Under the pieces are notes generated by a model that saw only the letters and a list, made by a program, of their open reading frames with translations, was not told the origin of the DNA and did not search any database. From NCBI GenBank assembly GCA_963755915.1, contig CAVWLP010000002.1, forward strand, positions 4,736,001 through 4,800,000: a stretch of 64,000 nucleotides of DNA. Direction: 5' to 3'. Shown piece after piece: positions 41,778 through 54,727 of the stretch. Origin of the DNA: an uncultured Phycisphaerales bacterium. Lineage in GTDB: Bacteria > Planctomycetota > Phycisphaerae > Tepidisphaerales > Tepidisphaeraceae. Both the position numbers and the translations under genes were made by a program. The number at the start of each line of letters is the position of its first letter. The stretch's first letter is position 1.

Positions 41778-42617
41778 TTAGCGCCCTGGCAAGAGTCCGT
41801 TCCAGGCCGAGGGGTGGACTTCGAGGTAATAGCGTCCACCGGCGGTGCGGACTGTGGCGGGGACGCCGAAGGTTTCGGAAAGGATCGAAGATTCGAGGAC
41901 GTTTTGCATGGGGCCGGAGGCGACGGCGCTGCCGTCGCGCAGGAGCAGGACCTGGGCAGTGTGCGGGGGGAGTTCTTCGATGTGGTGGGTGATGAGGATG
42001 ATCGTGGGGGCGCTGGGGGAATCGAGAAGCATGTCGATAGTTGCGAGGACTTGTTCGCGGGCGAGGGGATCGAGGCCGCTGGTGGGTTCGTCGAGGATCA
42101 GGAGTGCCGGGCGGGTGACCATGGCGCGGGCGATGAGGCTGCGCATGCGCTCGCCGCTGCTCATGGAGGAGTAGGGGTGATCGATGACGGGGGTCAGGCC
42201 GAGGAGTTTGAGGAGATCGCGGGCGTGGTTGGCCATTTCATCGGTGTGGGATTCGTAGAGGCCGATGCTGCCGAAATATCCGGTGAGGACGACTTCGTGG
42301 GCGGTGAGGGAGGGATCGACGTCGTAGGGACCGGCGGGTTGGACGAGGCGGATGGTTTTTCGAACTTCGAGGAGATTGGCTTCGCCGAAGCGGTTGCCAA
42401 GAATGGTACAGTCGCCAGCGGTGGGCCAGAGGTAGCAGCCGACGATGCGGGCGAGGGTGCTTTTGCCGCTGCCGTTGGGACCGAGGATGGCGGCGAGGGT
42501 GGAGCGCGGGACTTGCCAATCGATTTCCTTAAGGATCCAGCGGTTGTCGCGCATGACGCCGACGGCGTGCATGTCGATTGCGAGGGGAAGTGCGGATGAT
42601 TGCGGGTTGGGGGGCAT
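41778..42617 (-). CDS. ABC transporter ATP-binding protein (ModF/YlmA-like)
   Basis: GPNGSGKST, MSSGE, LILDEP, ITHH. Confidence 0.9.
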   Translation of the reverse strand: MPPNPQSSALPLAIDMHAVGVMRDNRWILKEIDWQVPRSTLAAILGPNGSGKSTLARIVGCYLWPTAGDCTILGNRFGEANLLEVRKTIRLVQPAGPYDVDPSLTAHEVVLTGYFGSIGLYESHTDEMANHARDLLKLLGLTPVIDHPYSSMSSGERMRSLIARAMVTRPALLILDEPTSGLDPLAREQVLATIDMLLDSPSAPTIILITHHIEELPPHTAQVLLLRDGSAVASGPMQNVLESSILSETFGVPATVRTAGGRYYLEVHPSAWNGLLPGR

Positions 42618-42642
42618 TGTCAGGTCCGGTTTTTTTTGGAGG

Positions 42643-42682
42643 CCCTCACCCCGGCCCTCTCCCGGAGTACCGGGCGAGGGGG
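42643..42682 (+). repeat. REP-like element copy 1 (CCCTCACC...CCCTCTCCCGGAGTACCGGG.GAGGGG)
   Basis: Same family at 48551 and 61588. Confidence 0.8.
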
Positions 42683-42781
42683 AAAGAAGGGGAAAGAGGG
42701 GGAAAGAGCGGGAAAGATTGAATATTGCCGATGAGCGCGGGAGTCAGTAGTCTTCATACGCTCAATGTAAAGGAACAGCGA

Positions 42782-44491
42782 ATGCCTGCAACTGCCTACC
42801 CGCGGCGATTTGTGCCTGGGGATCTTGATCCATCGAACGTGGCGAGCCTGGAGGAGATTTTTCAGAAGCTCCTGAAGCGCGATATCGACACGCCGGAAAA
42901 GCTGACGGCGTGGCTGGCGGATTTTTCGGAGCTGTCGGCAGTGGTGGATGAATATGGGAGCCGGCGGTACATCGACAAGAGCTGCCATACGGATGATGAA
43001 GGGATCAAGAATCGGTTCCTGCAGTTTGTGGAGGAGATTGAGCCACGGGTGAAGCCGCTGGCGTTTGCGTTGCAGAAGAAATATCTCCAGTCGCCGGCGC
43101 GGGCGCTGACGGGCAGCCGGTTTGAAATCCTGGGGCGGCGGTGGCAGTCGGACGTGGAGATTTTTCGGGATGAAAATGTTGCGCTGGAGACGGAGATCAC
43201 GCGGAAAGTCACCGAATATGACCAGATCAACGGGCAGATGACGGTGATTTTGCGCGGCAAAGAACTGACGATGCAGCAGGCGGCGCGATTTTTGGAGGAC
43301 CCGGACCGCCCTACCCGGCAGGAGGCGTGGGAGACGAGCTCGCGGCGGCGGCTGGTGGATCGCGAATCGATCGAAACGATTTACGATTCGCTGTTTCCGA
43401 TTCGGCATAAGATCGCGCTCAACGCGGGGCTGAGCGATTACCGGGCGTTTCAGTGGAAGGCGAACAAGCGGTTCGACTATACGCCGGAGGACTGCTTGCG
43501 GTTCGCGGATTCGATCGCGGAGACGTGCGTGCCGATCGTCCGGCGGCTGGACCGGGAGCGGGCGGTGGATTTGAAGCTGGAGGTTTTGCGGCCGTGGGAT
43601 TCGGCGGTGGATACGAAGGGGCGGCCATCGCTTCGGCCGTTTGATGAAAATAAGATCGACGATTTCGTGAGCAAGACGCGGGAGGTTTTCAATCGGCTAT
43701 CGCCCGCGCTGGCGTCGGATTTCGATCAGCTTCGGGAGCGCGGCAATTTGGATTTGCAGAGCCGGAAGGGGAAACAGCCGGGGGGATTTTTGATGCCGCT
43801 GGAGGAAACGCGGCAGCCGTTCATTTTTATGAATGCGGCGGGACTGCAGCGCAACGTAGAGACGCTTTTGCACGAGGGGGGGCATGCGTTTCATCACTTG
43901 GCGGCGTCGAAGGAAGAGCTGGTGTTCGTGCGCTCGGCGCCGATGGAATTTTGTGAAGTCGCGAGCATGTCGATGGAACTGCTGGGGGGCGAGCATTTCG
44001 GCGTTTTCTACAGCGAAGCCGACGCGGCGCGGGCGCGGCGGAAAATGATCGAGGGAATCATCTATTTCTTCCCCTGGATGGCGATCATCGATTCGTTCCA
44101 GCACTGGCTCTACACGCATCCGGCGCATAGCCGGGAGGACCGCAAGCGGATCTGGATTTCGCTGCTGGATCGCTTTGGCGGGGTGGTGGATTGGACGACG
44201 TGGGAGCCGGTTCGCGAATCGCTGTGGCAGCGGCAGGGGCATCTGTTTCACGCACCGTTTTACTACATCGAATATGGGATCGCGCAGCTTGGGGCGCTGC
44301 AGCTTTGGATGAAATCGCGGGAGAATACCAAGCAGGCGATCGCGAATTATCGTTCGGCGCTGGCGCTGGGCGGGACGCGGCCGCTGCCGCAGCTTTTTTC
44401 GGCGGCGGGGATTGTGTTCGACTTCACGCAGAAGACATTGGGACCGCTGATGGAGGCGCTGGAAGAGGAGCTGCGAAGGTTGCCGCAGTAA
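42782..44491 (+). CDS. M3 family oligoendopeptidase
   Basis: HEGGH, EVASMSME, HLF..PFYYIEY. Confidence 0.92.
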   Translation: MPATAYPRRFVPGDLDPSNVASLEEIFQKLLKRDIDTPEKLTAWLADFSELSAVVDEYGSRRYIDKSCHTDDEGIKNRFLQFVEEIEPRVKPLAFALQKKYLQSPARALTGSRFEILGRRWQSDVEIFRDENVALETEITRKVTEYDQINGQMTVILRGKELTMQQAARFLEDPDRPTRQEAWETSSRRRLVDRESIETIYDSLFPIRHKIALNAGLSDYRAFQWKANKRFDYTPEDCLRFADSIAETCVPIVRRLDRERAVDLKLEVLRPWDSAVDTKGRPSLRPFDENKIDDFVSKTREVFNRLSPALASDFDQLRERGNLDLQSRKGKQPGGFLMPLEETRQPFIFMNAAGLQRNVETLLHEGGHAFHHLAASKEELVFVRSAPMEFCEVASMSMELLGGEHFGVFYSEADAARARRKMIEGIIYFFPWMAIIDSFQHWLYTHPAHSREDRKRIWISLLDRFGGVVDWTTWEPVRESLWQRQGHLFHAPFYYIEYGIAQLGALQLWMKSRENTKQAIANYRSALALGGTRPLPQLFSAAGIVFDFTQKTLGPLMEALEEELRRLPQ

Positions 44492-44552
44492 ATGGAAGGG
44501 GAACCGCGAAGAGCGCGAAGGGAATAATTCTTCTTTTTTTACGGGGTGAACT

Positions 44553-45287
44553 ATGTCAGATGTGCAGATTAAGACGAAAGATGGCGTTGCGGATGGGAAG
44601 TTTTTTGCGGCGGCAGGAAAAACGAAGGCGCCGGCCGTGATTGTGTATATGGATGCGTTTGGGATACGGGCGGGGATGAGCGGGATGGCGGAGAAACTGG
44701 CTGGTTACGGCTATAATGTTTTGCTGCCGAATCTGTACTATCGCGCCGGGCGCAGAAGCCGTTCGACCCCGCGACGGCGTTTAACGATCCGGCGGAAAGA
44801 GAGCGGATCATGGGCCTGATGGGGGCATTGACCAACAAGACGCTGGCGGATGACGTGAGCAGTTTCATGGACTGGCTCGTGAAACAGCCTACGGTTTCGA
44901 GCGACAAGTTCGGATGCGTGGGGTACTGCATGGGGGGGCGATGCGCACTGATTTGTGCGGGGACTTTTGGGGAGCGCATGGCAGCCACGGCCTGCTTTCA
45001 CGGGGGACGGCTGGCGACGGATCAACTAGATAGTCCGCATCTTCTTGCATCAAACATGCGCGGGGAGGTTTATATCGGGGTGGCGGGGCTCGAATGCGCA
45101 TTTTTCGCCGGAGGAAAAGGAGCGATTGGAGGCGGCCCTGAAGGCGGCGCATGTGCGCTACACGCTGGAAGTTTATCCGAACGTGAAGCATGGGTTTGCG
45201 GTGGTGGATCATCCCGTCTATGACCCCCCTGCCGCCGAGCGGCATTGGGAACGGCTGCTGAAATTGTTTGGGGAGAATCTGCACTGA
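44553..45287 (+). CDS. Dienelactone hydrolase family (frameshifted)
   Basis: MDAFGIR, PNLYYR, GYCMGG, FHGG, HGFAV. Confidence 0.85.
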
Positions 45288-45372
45288 AAACCAAATTCGG
45301 AATCTCACGCAGAGGGCGGAGGAATAAAAGCGTTTTTGCTCTGCGCTTGCGCCTCTGCGTGAGATTGTCTTT

Positions 45373-46329
45373 TCAAGCGGGTTTTGGGGAAATGCGCAGG
45401 AGCTTTGCGCCGCGGTGAAAGTAGTCGTCGTCGAAGCCTAGCTTTTTCTTGATCAGGTAGTCGCGGCGCATCCAGTTGGATTCGCGCATGAGCTCGAGGC
45501 AGGTTTGGGTGCCGAGGCGGTTGGGCTGGGGGAGGGAAATGATGGGCCAGTCGCTGCCGTGAATGAGTTTGTTGCGGAGGACGGAATCGTGGAGGAGGGT
45601 GTCGTAGGGATATCCGCGGCTGGGGACGTTGAGGGCGGCGGTGTCGCCGTAAAAGTTTTCGAATTCGCGGGCAAGGCGGCACCAGTTGGGGAAATAATCG
45701 ATTTCCCAGGGAAGAAGGCGCGAGCCGCAGTGGGCGCCGATGACGGTTACGCCTCGGCGCAGGGCTTCCATCAGGAGGATGGGATCGGCAACCGTCGGGT
45801 CGAGATTTGGCAGCGTGTTTTCTGTGCCGGTGTGACTGAGCAAAGGGATGCCGTGATGGGCGAGGGCTTCGTAGAACGGGATGCATTTTGCGTCGGCGGG
45901 GTTGAATCGCTGGGTGATCGGGAGCCATTTCACCATTACGGCGCCGGCCTGAACGCAGCGCTCCAGCTCGGCGACGGCGTCTTTGCGGTAGGGATGGATG
46001 GAGGCCGCGAAAAATATCCGGGGGTTCTGCTTTGCCAGGTCGATCACGTAGTCGTTGGTGACATAGAGATGGGTGCCGGGCAGATCGATTTTTCCGTCGC
46101 CGTCGTAGACCGCGTCGAACGCGAGGACCACCGCGCCGTCGAGCTCTTTGGCGCCATTGATGGTTCGCACGAGCAGGTTGGCGATTTGTCTCTCGGTCTC
46201 GGCGTTGGACCCGGCAATTCCGAAGCACATTCGCATGAAGAGGAACGGAATGCTGGAAACGAGCCGCTGCGACATCGACCCGTGGCCGGGCTCGAAGGCG
46301 GAGACGTGAACATGGCAATCGAGAATCAT
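45373..46329 (-). CDS. Amidohydrolase family protein
   Basis: DCHVH, SIHPYR, HTG.E, AHCG, GSDWP. Confidence 0.85.
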   Translation of the reverse strand: MILDCHVHVSAFEPGHGSMSQRLVSSIPFLFMRMCFGIAGSNAETERQIANLLVRTINGAKELDGAVVLAFDAVYDGDGKIDLPGTHLYVTNDYVIDLAKQNPRIFFAASIHPYRKDAVAELERCVQAGAVMVKWLPITQRFNPADAKCIPFYEALAHHGIPLLSHTGTENTLPNLDPTVADPILLMEALRRGVTVIGAHCGSRLLPWEIDYFPNWCRLAREFENFYGDTAALNVPSRGYPYDTLLHDSVLRNKLIHGSDWPIISLPQPNRLGTQTCLELMRESNWMRRDYLIKKKLGFDDDYFHRGAKLLRISPKPA

Positions 46330-47808
46330 CAGCGGTCGACCACGCTCATAAAGCGCTCGTAGGCCGCGTTCCACCTGGCAGTGTCGCGCGGCTCATAGCG
46401 TTTGACGTTGAAATTTTCGCGCACGATCTGGCGGGCGTCGGCCAGAGATTTCACCGCTCCGACAGCCATGGCCTGTACCAGGACGTTTCCGATCGCGGTC
46501 GCCTCGACCGGGCCGGCGATCACGGGGCGGGCGCAGGCGTCGGCGGTCATCTGATTGAGCAATTCGTTCTGCGTTCCGCCGCCGACGATATGGATGACGG
46601 CGATTTTTCGGCCCAGAATATCTTCCAGCCCCTCGACGGTTCGGCGATAGGTCAGGGCCAGACTCTCGAGGCAGCAGCGGACATATTCGCCGCGGGTGCC
46701 GGGCTTGCGTTGTTTGCTGTGGACGCAGAACTGGTCGATTTTTCCGACGATCTGCCCGGGGGAAAGGAAGGGCGCATGGGCCGGGTCGATCAGCGCGCCG
46801 AAGGGCGCAGCGCGGCCGGCCATTTCCGTCAGCTCGGCGTAGCCGTGGTTGTATCCATGCTTCTGCCAATAGCGGCGGCACTCCTGCACGAGCCAGAGGC
46901 CCATGATGTTTTTCAGAAACCGCACGCGGTTGCCGACGCCCATTTCGTTGGTGTAGTTGTATTTGAGCGCCTTGTCGGAAAAGATGGGTTCGGGAAGCTC
47001 GACGCCCATCAGCGACCAGGTGCCGGAGCTGATGTAGCAATAGTCCTGGCCCTCGGTCGCGGGGACGGCGGCGACGGCGCTGGCTGTGTCGTGACAGCCG
47101 GGGGCGATCACCGGGGCTGACCGGGCGCCGCAATCGGTCAGCAGTTCGGCTCGCAATTCGCCTAGAACCGTGCCGGAGGGAACGATCTCGGGCAATATTC
47201 GCGTCGGTATGCCAAGCTTCTCCAGCACTTCCGTCGCCCAGCGTTTATTGCGGGGGTCGTACATCTGGCTGGTGGAGGCGATCGACAATTCGCTTTTACG
47301 TGAGCCGCAGAGGAGATAGTTCAGCAGGTCGGGCACAAACAAAAGAGTTGCCGCGGCGTCGAGGATATCGGGATTCTGCTCCTTCAATGCCAGGAGCTGA
47401 AAGAGCGAATTGATCTGCATGAACTGAATGCCGGTGGCCTGGAATATTTTTGCGCGGGACGAGGGCGAAGGCCTTTTCCATCATGCCGTCGGTGCGCGGG
47501 TCGCGGTACATGATGGGATTGCCGAGAATCTGGCCGCCAAGGGAGAGCAATCCGAAATCGACTCCCCAGGTATCGACGCCGATGCCGGCGAGATCGCAGC
47601 GGAGGTCGGCACAGGCGCTGGTCAATCCGGTTTTGATCTCCTGCCACTGGGACAGCAGGTTCCACTGCAGGCGGCCGAGCATTTTGCCGTTGGGATTGGT
47701 GAAGCGATGCTTCTCGGCGAGGGTCAGTTTGCCCGCGTCGAGGGTGGCGAGAATGGCGCGTCCGCTTTCTGCTCCAAGATCAAACGCCAGGAAATTCGCC
47801 GCGGCCAT
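46329..47808 (-). CDS. rhaB: Rhamnulokinase-family sugar kinase (frameshift near 47445)
   Basis: AFDLGAESGR, GVDTWGVDF, YRDPRT, HDTASAV, SSGTWSL, LKNIMGLW. Confidence 0.85.
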
Positions 47809-47845
47809 AATTGGTGGTTCCTCGTCGGCTGGCTACTATCTTAGC

Positions 47846-48523
47846 GTGGTTCGAACGCGAGTTAAAATCTGCGGAGTGTGCAGGCCGGAAGATGCCGTCG
47901 CGGCCGGGCGCGCCGGGGCGGACGCGATTGGGATGGTGTTTGATCCTTCGTCGGGGCGGTGTGCTTCGATGGAAGATGCTGCGCGGATCGCCGGGGCGGC
48001 GGCGCCGTTTGTCAGCGTGGTCGGGCTTTTCGTCAATGCCTCGGTCGAAGAAATTAGGCGCGTGGCTGCGGCACTCGCCCTTTCGGCGGTGCAATTGCAG
48101 GGGGAAGAATCGCCGCAGACCGTGGCCGCCCTGAAACCGCTTCGTGTCATCAAGGCGCTTCATCTGGCGGGAAATGATGCGGAGCCTTTGGCGCGGTGGC
48201 GGACCGCGATGCGGGATTTGAATTTGTCCAATCTCGTCGGAATTCTGCTGGACACGCCGGGCGGAGCGCAGCGCGGGGGCACCGGGATTCCCAATGATTT
48301 CAGTTCGATCGAGAGACTTCAGCGATCCGGAGGGTTCGATGGGTTACCCCCTGTGATTGTTGCGGGCGGGCTCAAACCGGAGACGGTGGGCGATGTCGTG
48401 CGGCTGGTGCATCCGTATGCGGTGGATGTCAGCTCTGGAGTTGAAAGCGCCAAGCGAGAGAAATCGCCGCAGAAAATTGATGCTTTTATTCGCGCCGTTC
48501 GTGAAGCCGACTCGGACCTCTGA
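47846..48523 (+). CDS. trpF: Phosphoribosylanthranilate isomerase
   Basis: VKICG, GADAIG.VF, GGTG, AGGL.PE.V, VDVSSGVE. Confidence 0.92.
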   Translation: MVRTRVKICGVCRPEDAVAAGRAGADAIGMVFDPSSGRCASMEDAARIAGAAAPFVSVVGLFVNASVEEIRRVAAALALSAVQLQGEESPQTVAALKPLRVIKALHLAGNDAEPLARWRTAMRDLNLSNLVGILLDTPGGAQRGGTGIPNDFSSIERLQRSGGFDGLPPVIVAGGLKPETVGDVVRLVHPYAVDVSSGVESAKREKSPQKIDAFIRAVREADSDL

Positions 48524-48550
48524 AAATTCGTGCCGCTTTTGGCATTAAAG

Positions 48551-48597
48551 CCCCCACCCTAGCCCTCCCCCGGAGTACCAGGGGAGGGGATAAGAGG
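48551..48597 (+). repeat. REP-like element copy 2, between convergent genes
   Basis: CCCCCACCCTAGCCCTCCCCCGGAGTACCAGGGGAGGGGATAAGAGG. Confidence 0.8.
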
Positions 48598-48601
48598 TCC
48601 G

Positions 48602-49675
48602 TTAAGTTAGGGCGCAGGACAGGATGTTGCGTTTGATTTTGCTGACGGTGAAGCCTCGGGCGAAGCCGTTGACGAGCGCCGGGCCCAGCGGCCAGCGTGT
48701 CAGCCGGCGGTAGCCACGATGGATGTTGGCGTAGAATCGGCGGGTTTGGGAGTCGTAGGCGGCGAGGTCTTCGCGGATTTCGTCCAGGGCGCCGTTGAAT
48801 TTCCCTTCGCTGAGAATCGCCTGCGCGGCAAGCTGGCCGCTGCGAACGGCGTTAAAAATTCCCTCGCCGAGAAATGGATCGATCAGGCCGGCGGCATCGC
48901 CGACGAGACAGACCTTTTCGCCGCTGAATCGGGCGATCCTTCCAAACCAGGGAATGCGGTGGCCGTGGATTGGCCCGCAAATCTTTCGTCCCGTTTTTCG
49001 CTCGATGAACTTCGTTAGTTTTCCCGTCGCTCCGGCCATTGTCGGATTCAGTGTATAAAGCCCGAGATTCAGATGATCGTGCTTGGGAAAGACCCAGCCA
49101 TACCCGCGCTCGACGGCGCCGAAATCAAATTCCATTGGCCAATCCCGTGCGCTGTCGCACGGAATGCACGTTTCCATCGCCACGCCAAACCGCAGGTGTT
49201 TCGCGCGCGCCAGAAGTTTTCGCACCTGGCTTCCTGCGCCATCCGCGCCGATGAGGAATTCGGCGCGGAACGCGCCGCGCTGGGTCTGGACAACCCACTC
49301 GCCCCCCTCGCGCCGGATCGCCTCAACCCGATGCCCGGGACGAAAATCCACTCCGCATCCCACGCATTGCTTCACAAAAAAATGATCGAACTCGCTCCGC
49401 ACCGTCATCGCGATCAGCGGCCCGGCGCCGCCGAGGATTTTCGCCTTTTCCCCCAATGAGATTTTCATCTCCTGGCAGACTCTTCGAACAACGGGGGTCA
49501 CATCGAATGGCAATACATTAATCGTCTTTTGCGTCAGCGCCCCTGCGCACGGCTTAAGCCGTGGAAATTGGCATTTATCGAGCAGGACGACCCGTTTGCC
49601 GTGCGACGCCAGCTCGTATGCCGCCGCGCAGCCCGCCGGTCCTGCGCCTGCTATAATGGTTTGGTAATGCCACAT
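48602..49675 (-). CDS. Geranylgeranyl reductase-family FAD oxidoreductase
   Basis: GAGPAG, PR.KPC.G, GADG, GYGWVFPK, GDAAG.IDPF.GEGI. Confidence 0.88.
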   Translation of the reverse strand: MWHYQTIIAGAGPAGCAAAYELASHGKRVVLLDKCQFPRLKPCAGALTQKTINVLPFDVTPVVRRVCQEMKISLGEKAKILGGAGPLIAMTVRSEFDHFFVKQCVGCGVDFRPGHRVEAIRREGGEWVVQTQRGAFRAEFLIGADGAGSQVRKLLARAKHLRFGVAMETCIPCDSARDWPMEFDFGAVERGYGWVFPKHDHLNLGLYTLNPTMAGATGKLTKFIERKTGRKICGPIHGHRIPWFGRIARFSGEKVCLVGDAAGLIDPFLGEGIFNAVRSGQLAAQAILSEGKFNGALDEIREDLAAYDSQTRRFYANIHRGYRRLTRWPLGPALVNGFARGFTVSKIKRNILSCALT

Positions 49676-49737
49676 TGAGCTGAACGCCACCGGATGCCAT
49701 CCGGTGGCTTTTTACCTTATTATTCTCATCCCCTTCT

Positions 49738-51090
<1,353 letters not shown>

Positions 51091-51095
51091 TCCAA

Positions 51096-51145
51096 TCGTG
51101 CATCTTGCAACATTTTGAATCGGGCGTCTCGTGCATCCTGCACGA
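51096..51145 (+). promoter_or_regulatory. Tandem enhancer-like sites
   Basis: TCGTGCATCTTGCA (51096) and perfect palindrome TCGTGCA-TCC-TGCACGA (51129), 33 bp apart. Confidence 0.65.
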
Positions 51146-51206
51146 TGGAGCACCGCAAGCATCTGCTGAAACCCCCCTGGCCCGATCAGACCGAAGGGTC
51201 AGGTAG

Positions 51207-51223
51207 CTGGCCCCCCCTTCGCT
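51207..51223 (+). promoter_or_regulatory. Candidate sigma54 -24/-12 promoter
   Basis: CTGGCCCCCCCTTCGCT: GG-N10-GC, ahead of GGAGG RBS and ATG 51244. Confidence 0.55.
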
Positions 51224-51243
51224 TGGACATATGGAGGTTATTT

Positions 51244-53201
51244 ATGTTTGGTCTGCGCAAAAACTCTTCGTCGGCTTCGGTGGCTTGCTGGCCATCCTGC
51301 TGGCTGTCAGCAGCCTGGGGGTAGCCGTCCTGCACCAGCATCGAAGCTGGCTCGATCAGTTCCTCTATGAGAACTGGCGGAGCGTTGAATATGGCCAGCA
51401 CATGATCGACGGCCTGCAGCGCCTCGACGGGATCGCCCAGTCGGTCTCCGGCGCAACGGCGCAACCGACGGATGCGCAACTCGCCGCCGCCGCGGCTGCC
51501 GCCAAACCGGCGATCGACCTCTTCGACGCCAACTGCGTCGCTGAAGACCACAACATCACCCTCCCCACCGAAGACGAAAAAGCCTCCGGCCTGACGCTCC
51601 TCTGGAACGGCTACGCGATCAACACCCACACCGGCGAGAAACTTAACAAGACGACGGATGACACTTACCTCGACTGGTTTAGCAAGCTTATCTCCACCGA
51701 CACGACCGCCGCCCGGCGCACCGCCGCGATTGCCGCGGTCAGACGTCTTTCGCCGCAGCTCAAGGATCGTGCCCAGCAGGTGATCGACCTGAACCTGGAA
51801 AACATGCAGCCGCTGGAAGGTCGGATCAAGGACATGTCGGACCGCGCGACGAGCCTGATCATCCGGCTGGCAGTCATCGGCGTGGGTTTGGCGGTCGTGT
51901 TCATCCTCCTGATGAGCCGGGCGATCTTGCAGCCGCTCCAGACCCTCACGCGGTCGCTGGAAGAAATCTCGCAGGGGAATCTCGATCAAGTCGTGCAGGT
52001 GGGTTCGCATGACGAGCTTCATAAGCTGGCCGAGGCCTTCAACTCGATGGCCGCCAAGCTGCGAGAATTCCGCCGCAGCGACCGGGCGAAACTGATTCGC
52101 GTGCAGCGCACGACCCAACTTGCGGTCGATAGCTTGCCTGATGCCATTGCCGTGGTAAACGCCTCTGGCGTTGTCGAGCTTTCCAACGACACGGCCCAGA
52201 AACTTTTCCAGCTTCAGCCCGAGCAATCGATTCTTCAGATGCGCGATCAGCGCCTGGGCGAGCTTTACCAGGAAGTCGTCCGCACCAGTGCCCCTTCCCA
52301 GCAGAAGGGATACGAATCGGCTATCGAGATTTATGACCAGGGCGGGCAGTTGCGATTCTTCCTGCCGCAGGCCGTGCCGATCATCGACACGCAGCGGCAT
52401 CTTTTGGGCGTTACGCTTGTGCTGGGAGACGTGACCAATCTCCGCCGGCTCGATGAATTGAAGAGCGGCCTCCTCTCGGTCGTCTCCCACGAATTGAAGA
52501 CGCCGCTGACGTCGATTCGCATGGCCACGCACCTGCTGCTTGAAGAGCGGGTGGGCCCGCTCAACTCGAAACAAACCGAGCTGATGATGGCCGCCCGGGA
52601 TGACGCCGACCGGCTCCAGAAAATCATCGAAGATCTTTTGGACATGGGCCGGCTGGAATCGGGCCGGGTGAAGCTCGATCTTCAATCCGAGCCTTCGGAG
52701 CGGCTGGTATCCGATGCGGTGACGCCGCTGGAAACGGCTTTTCACGACAAGGGCGTCGCCCTGCGGGTGGATGTTCCGGTGGAAACACCGGCGGTTTTGG
52801 CCGACCCGGCGCGCATCGGGCACGTTTTCTCGAATCTTTTGACCAATGCCCTGAAGTTCACGCCGCCGGGCGGAAAAGTGCGCATCAGCGCCGAGCCGCT
52901 GGACAAATATGTCCGCTTCATCGTCGAAGACACCGGCATCGGCATCCCGCCCGAATACCTGGGAAGGATATTCGAGCGTTTTTACCGCGTTCCGCGCGAC
53001 AACCAGCCCAGCGGCGCCGGCCTGGGCCTGGCGATCGCCAAGGAAATTGTCGACGCGCATCACGGGAACATTTCCGTGGAAAGCAAGCCGGGGAAGGGGA
53101 GCGTTTTCAGTTTCACCCTCGAGCGGGCGAAGGACCCGCAGGTCAGTTCAGTCAAAGAGGTGAGTTATGAAACCAGCATCAATCCTCGTAACGGACGATG
53201 A
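51244..53201 (+). CDS. HAMP-PAS histidine kinase (KinB-like; frameshift near start)
   Basis: Two TMs, ENWRSVEY, HAMP, SHELKTPL, NLLTNA, DTGIGI, GAGLGL. Confidence 0.9.
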
Positions 53202-53917
53202 AAGCGGAATCCGCCTGATGCTGCGCACCGCCCTGGAGTCGGACGGTTACGCCGTATCCGAAGCCGCCAACGGGCGCGAAGCACTCGATGCGATCAAAAC
53301 GCATATTCCCGATCTCATTGTCCTGGACCTCAACATGCCAGTGCTCGACGGGATGGCCGTGCTGGAGCAGATGAAGACGCTGGCCACGGGCGTGCGTCCG
53401 CGGGTGATTGTTCTCACCGCATATGGCTCCATTCCCGCGGCGGTGAAGGCGACGCGCCTGGGTGCGCTGGATTTCCTGGAGAAACCGATCACGCCGTCGG
53501 ATCTTCGTCAGGCCGTCCGCAGCGTGCTCGACGAACCCGAGCTCGACACCGCGCCGGAAGTCGTCGTCGATGTGCCGGGCGGTTATGACCTGGTTCTCTC
53601 CCGCATTCGCAAGCTGCTGCGGCTCGCGGAATATGAAACCGCCATGGGGCTGCTCATGAAAGCCGCCGATCGAAAGGACCAGCAGTCGGCGGAATATTTC
53701 AATCTTCTGGGCGTGCTCTACGAAGCGCAAGGCAAATGGAGGCTGGCGCAAGTGCTACGACAAGGCCATGATGGCGGATGAAAACTACGGCCCGGCCCGC
53801 GCGAATCTGCGCCGGCTGCTGGAACTGCGTCGATTTCGGCGCAGCTCGCAGGCCATCTGCCTCGGCGACGAAGCCGAAGACCTCTGGTTCGCCAAGCTGC
53901 CGGAATCCGCAAACTGA
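53167..53917 (+). CDS. Response regulator with C-terminal TPR-like helices (frameshifted)
   Basis: ILVTDD, LDLNMP..DG, LTAYG, LEKP; YFNLLGVLYE. Confidence 0.85.
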
Positions 53918-53923
53918 AGCACG

Positions 53924-54727
53924 ATGTCCAACGCCGGAAAATCCATCCTCGTTGTCGACGATGAGCCGAATGTCCGGCTCATGCTCCGCTCCACGCTTGA
54001 AGCCGACGGGTTCTCCGTCACCGAAGCGTGTGACGGGGAAGAGGCGATCCAATCGGTCGAGCAATTGAGGCCGGCGCTTGTGCTGCTTGACCTCTGGATG
54101 CACCGAGGCGACGGGATGCAGGTATTGGAATACTTGAATCGCAAGGCCCCGGAAGATCACCCGCGGGTGATCGTGTTGACCGCGCATGGCCGGGTTCCGG
54201 TCGTCGTGAAGGCGATGCGCCTGGGGGCTTCAGATTTTCTGGAAAAGCCGACGACGCCGGAAGATCTGCGGCTCAGTGTTTCGGCGGCCCTGGAAGACGC
54301 GCCCGAAAAGAACCCCCAGCCGGTCGAGCAAACCCCGTCGCGCACGGCGGCAAAGCTCGGCCCCGTTCTGGCGGGCATCCGCAGCGCCGTCTGGAACCAG
54401 GATATCCGGCTCACCGAGCGCATCCTCACCGCGCTTTTCCGCAAGGCGTGGAGCGACCCCGCTTATTTCAATCTTCTCGGCGCCGTCTTCGAAGCCGAGG
54501 GAAACCGCGGCGCGGCCAAGACCTTCTACCAGAAATCCGCCGACTCCCGCGCCGAATGCGAAGCGGCCAAACAAAATTTGCAGCGATTAAATGAATTGAA
54601 TGCAGACCCCGAACATCCCGCCGACGCAGTGCTCGGCGGGCAGAACGAATTTCTCAAGATGATCTGTGACGAGCACCGTAACCACGGCTCGCAAAGCAAC
54701 CACCCAGATGAAGGAGCCAATTTATGA
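53924..54727 (+). CDS. Second response regulator with TPR-like tail
   Basis: ILVVDDE, LDLWM..GDG, LTAHG, LEKP; YFNLLGAVFE. Confidence 0.85.
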   Translation: MSNAGKSILVVDDEPNVRLMLRSTLEADGFSVTEACDGEEAIQSVEQLRPALVLLDLWMHRGDGMQVLEYLNRKAPEDHPRVIVLTAHGRVPVVVKAMRLGASDFLEKPTTPEDLRLSVSAALEDAPEKNPQPVEQTPSRTAAKLGPVLAGIRSAVWNQDIRLTERILTALFRKAWSDPAYFNLLGAVFEAEGNRGAAKTFYQKSADSRAECEAAKQNLQRLNELNADPEHPADAVLGGQNEFLKMICDEHRNHGSQSNHPDEGANL

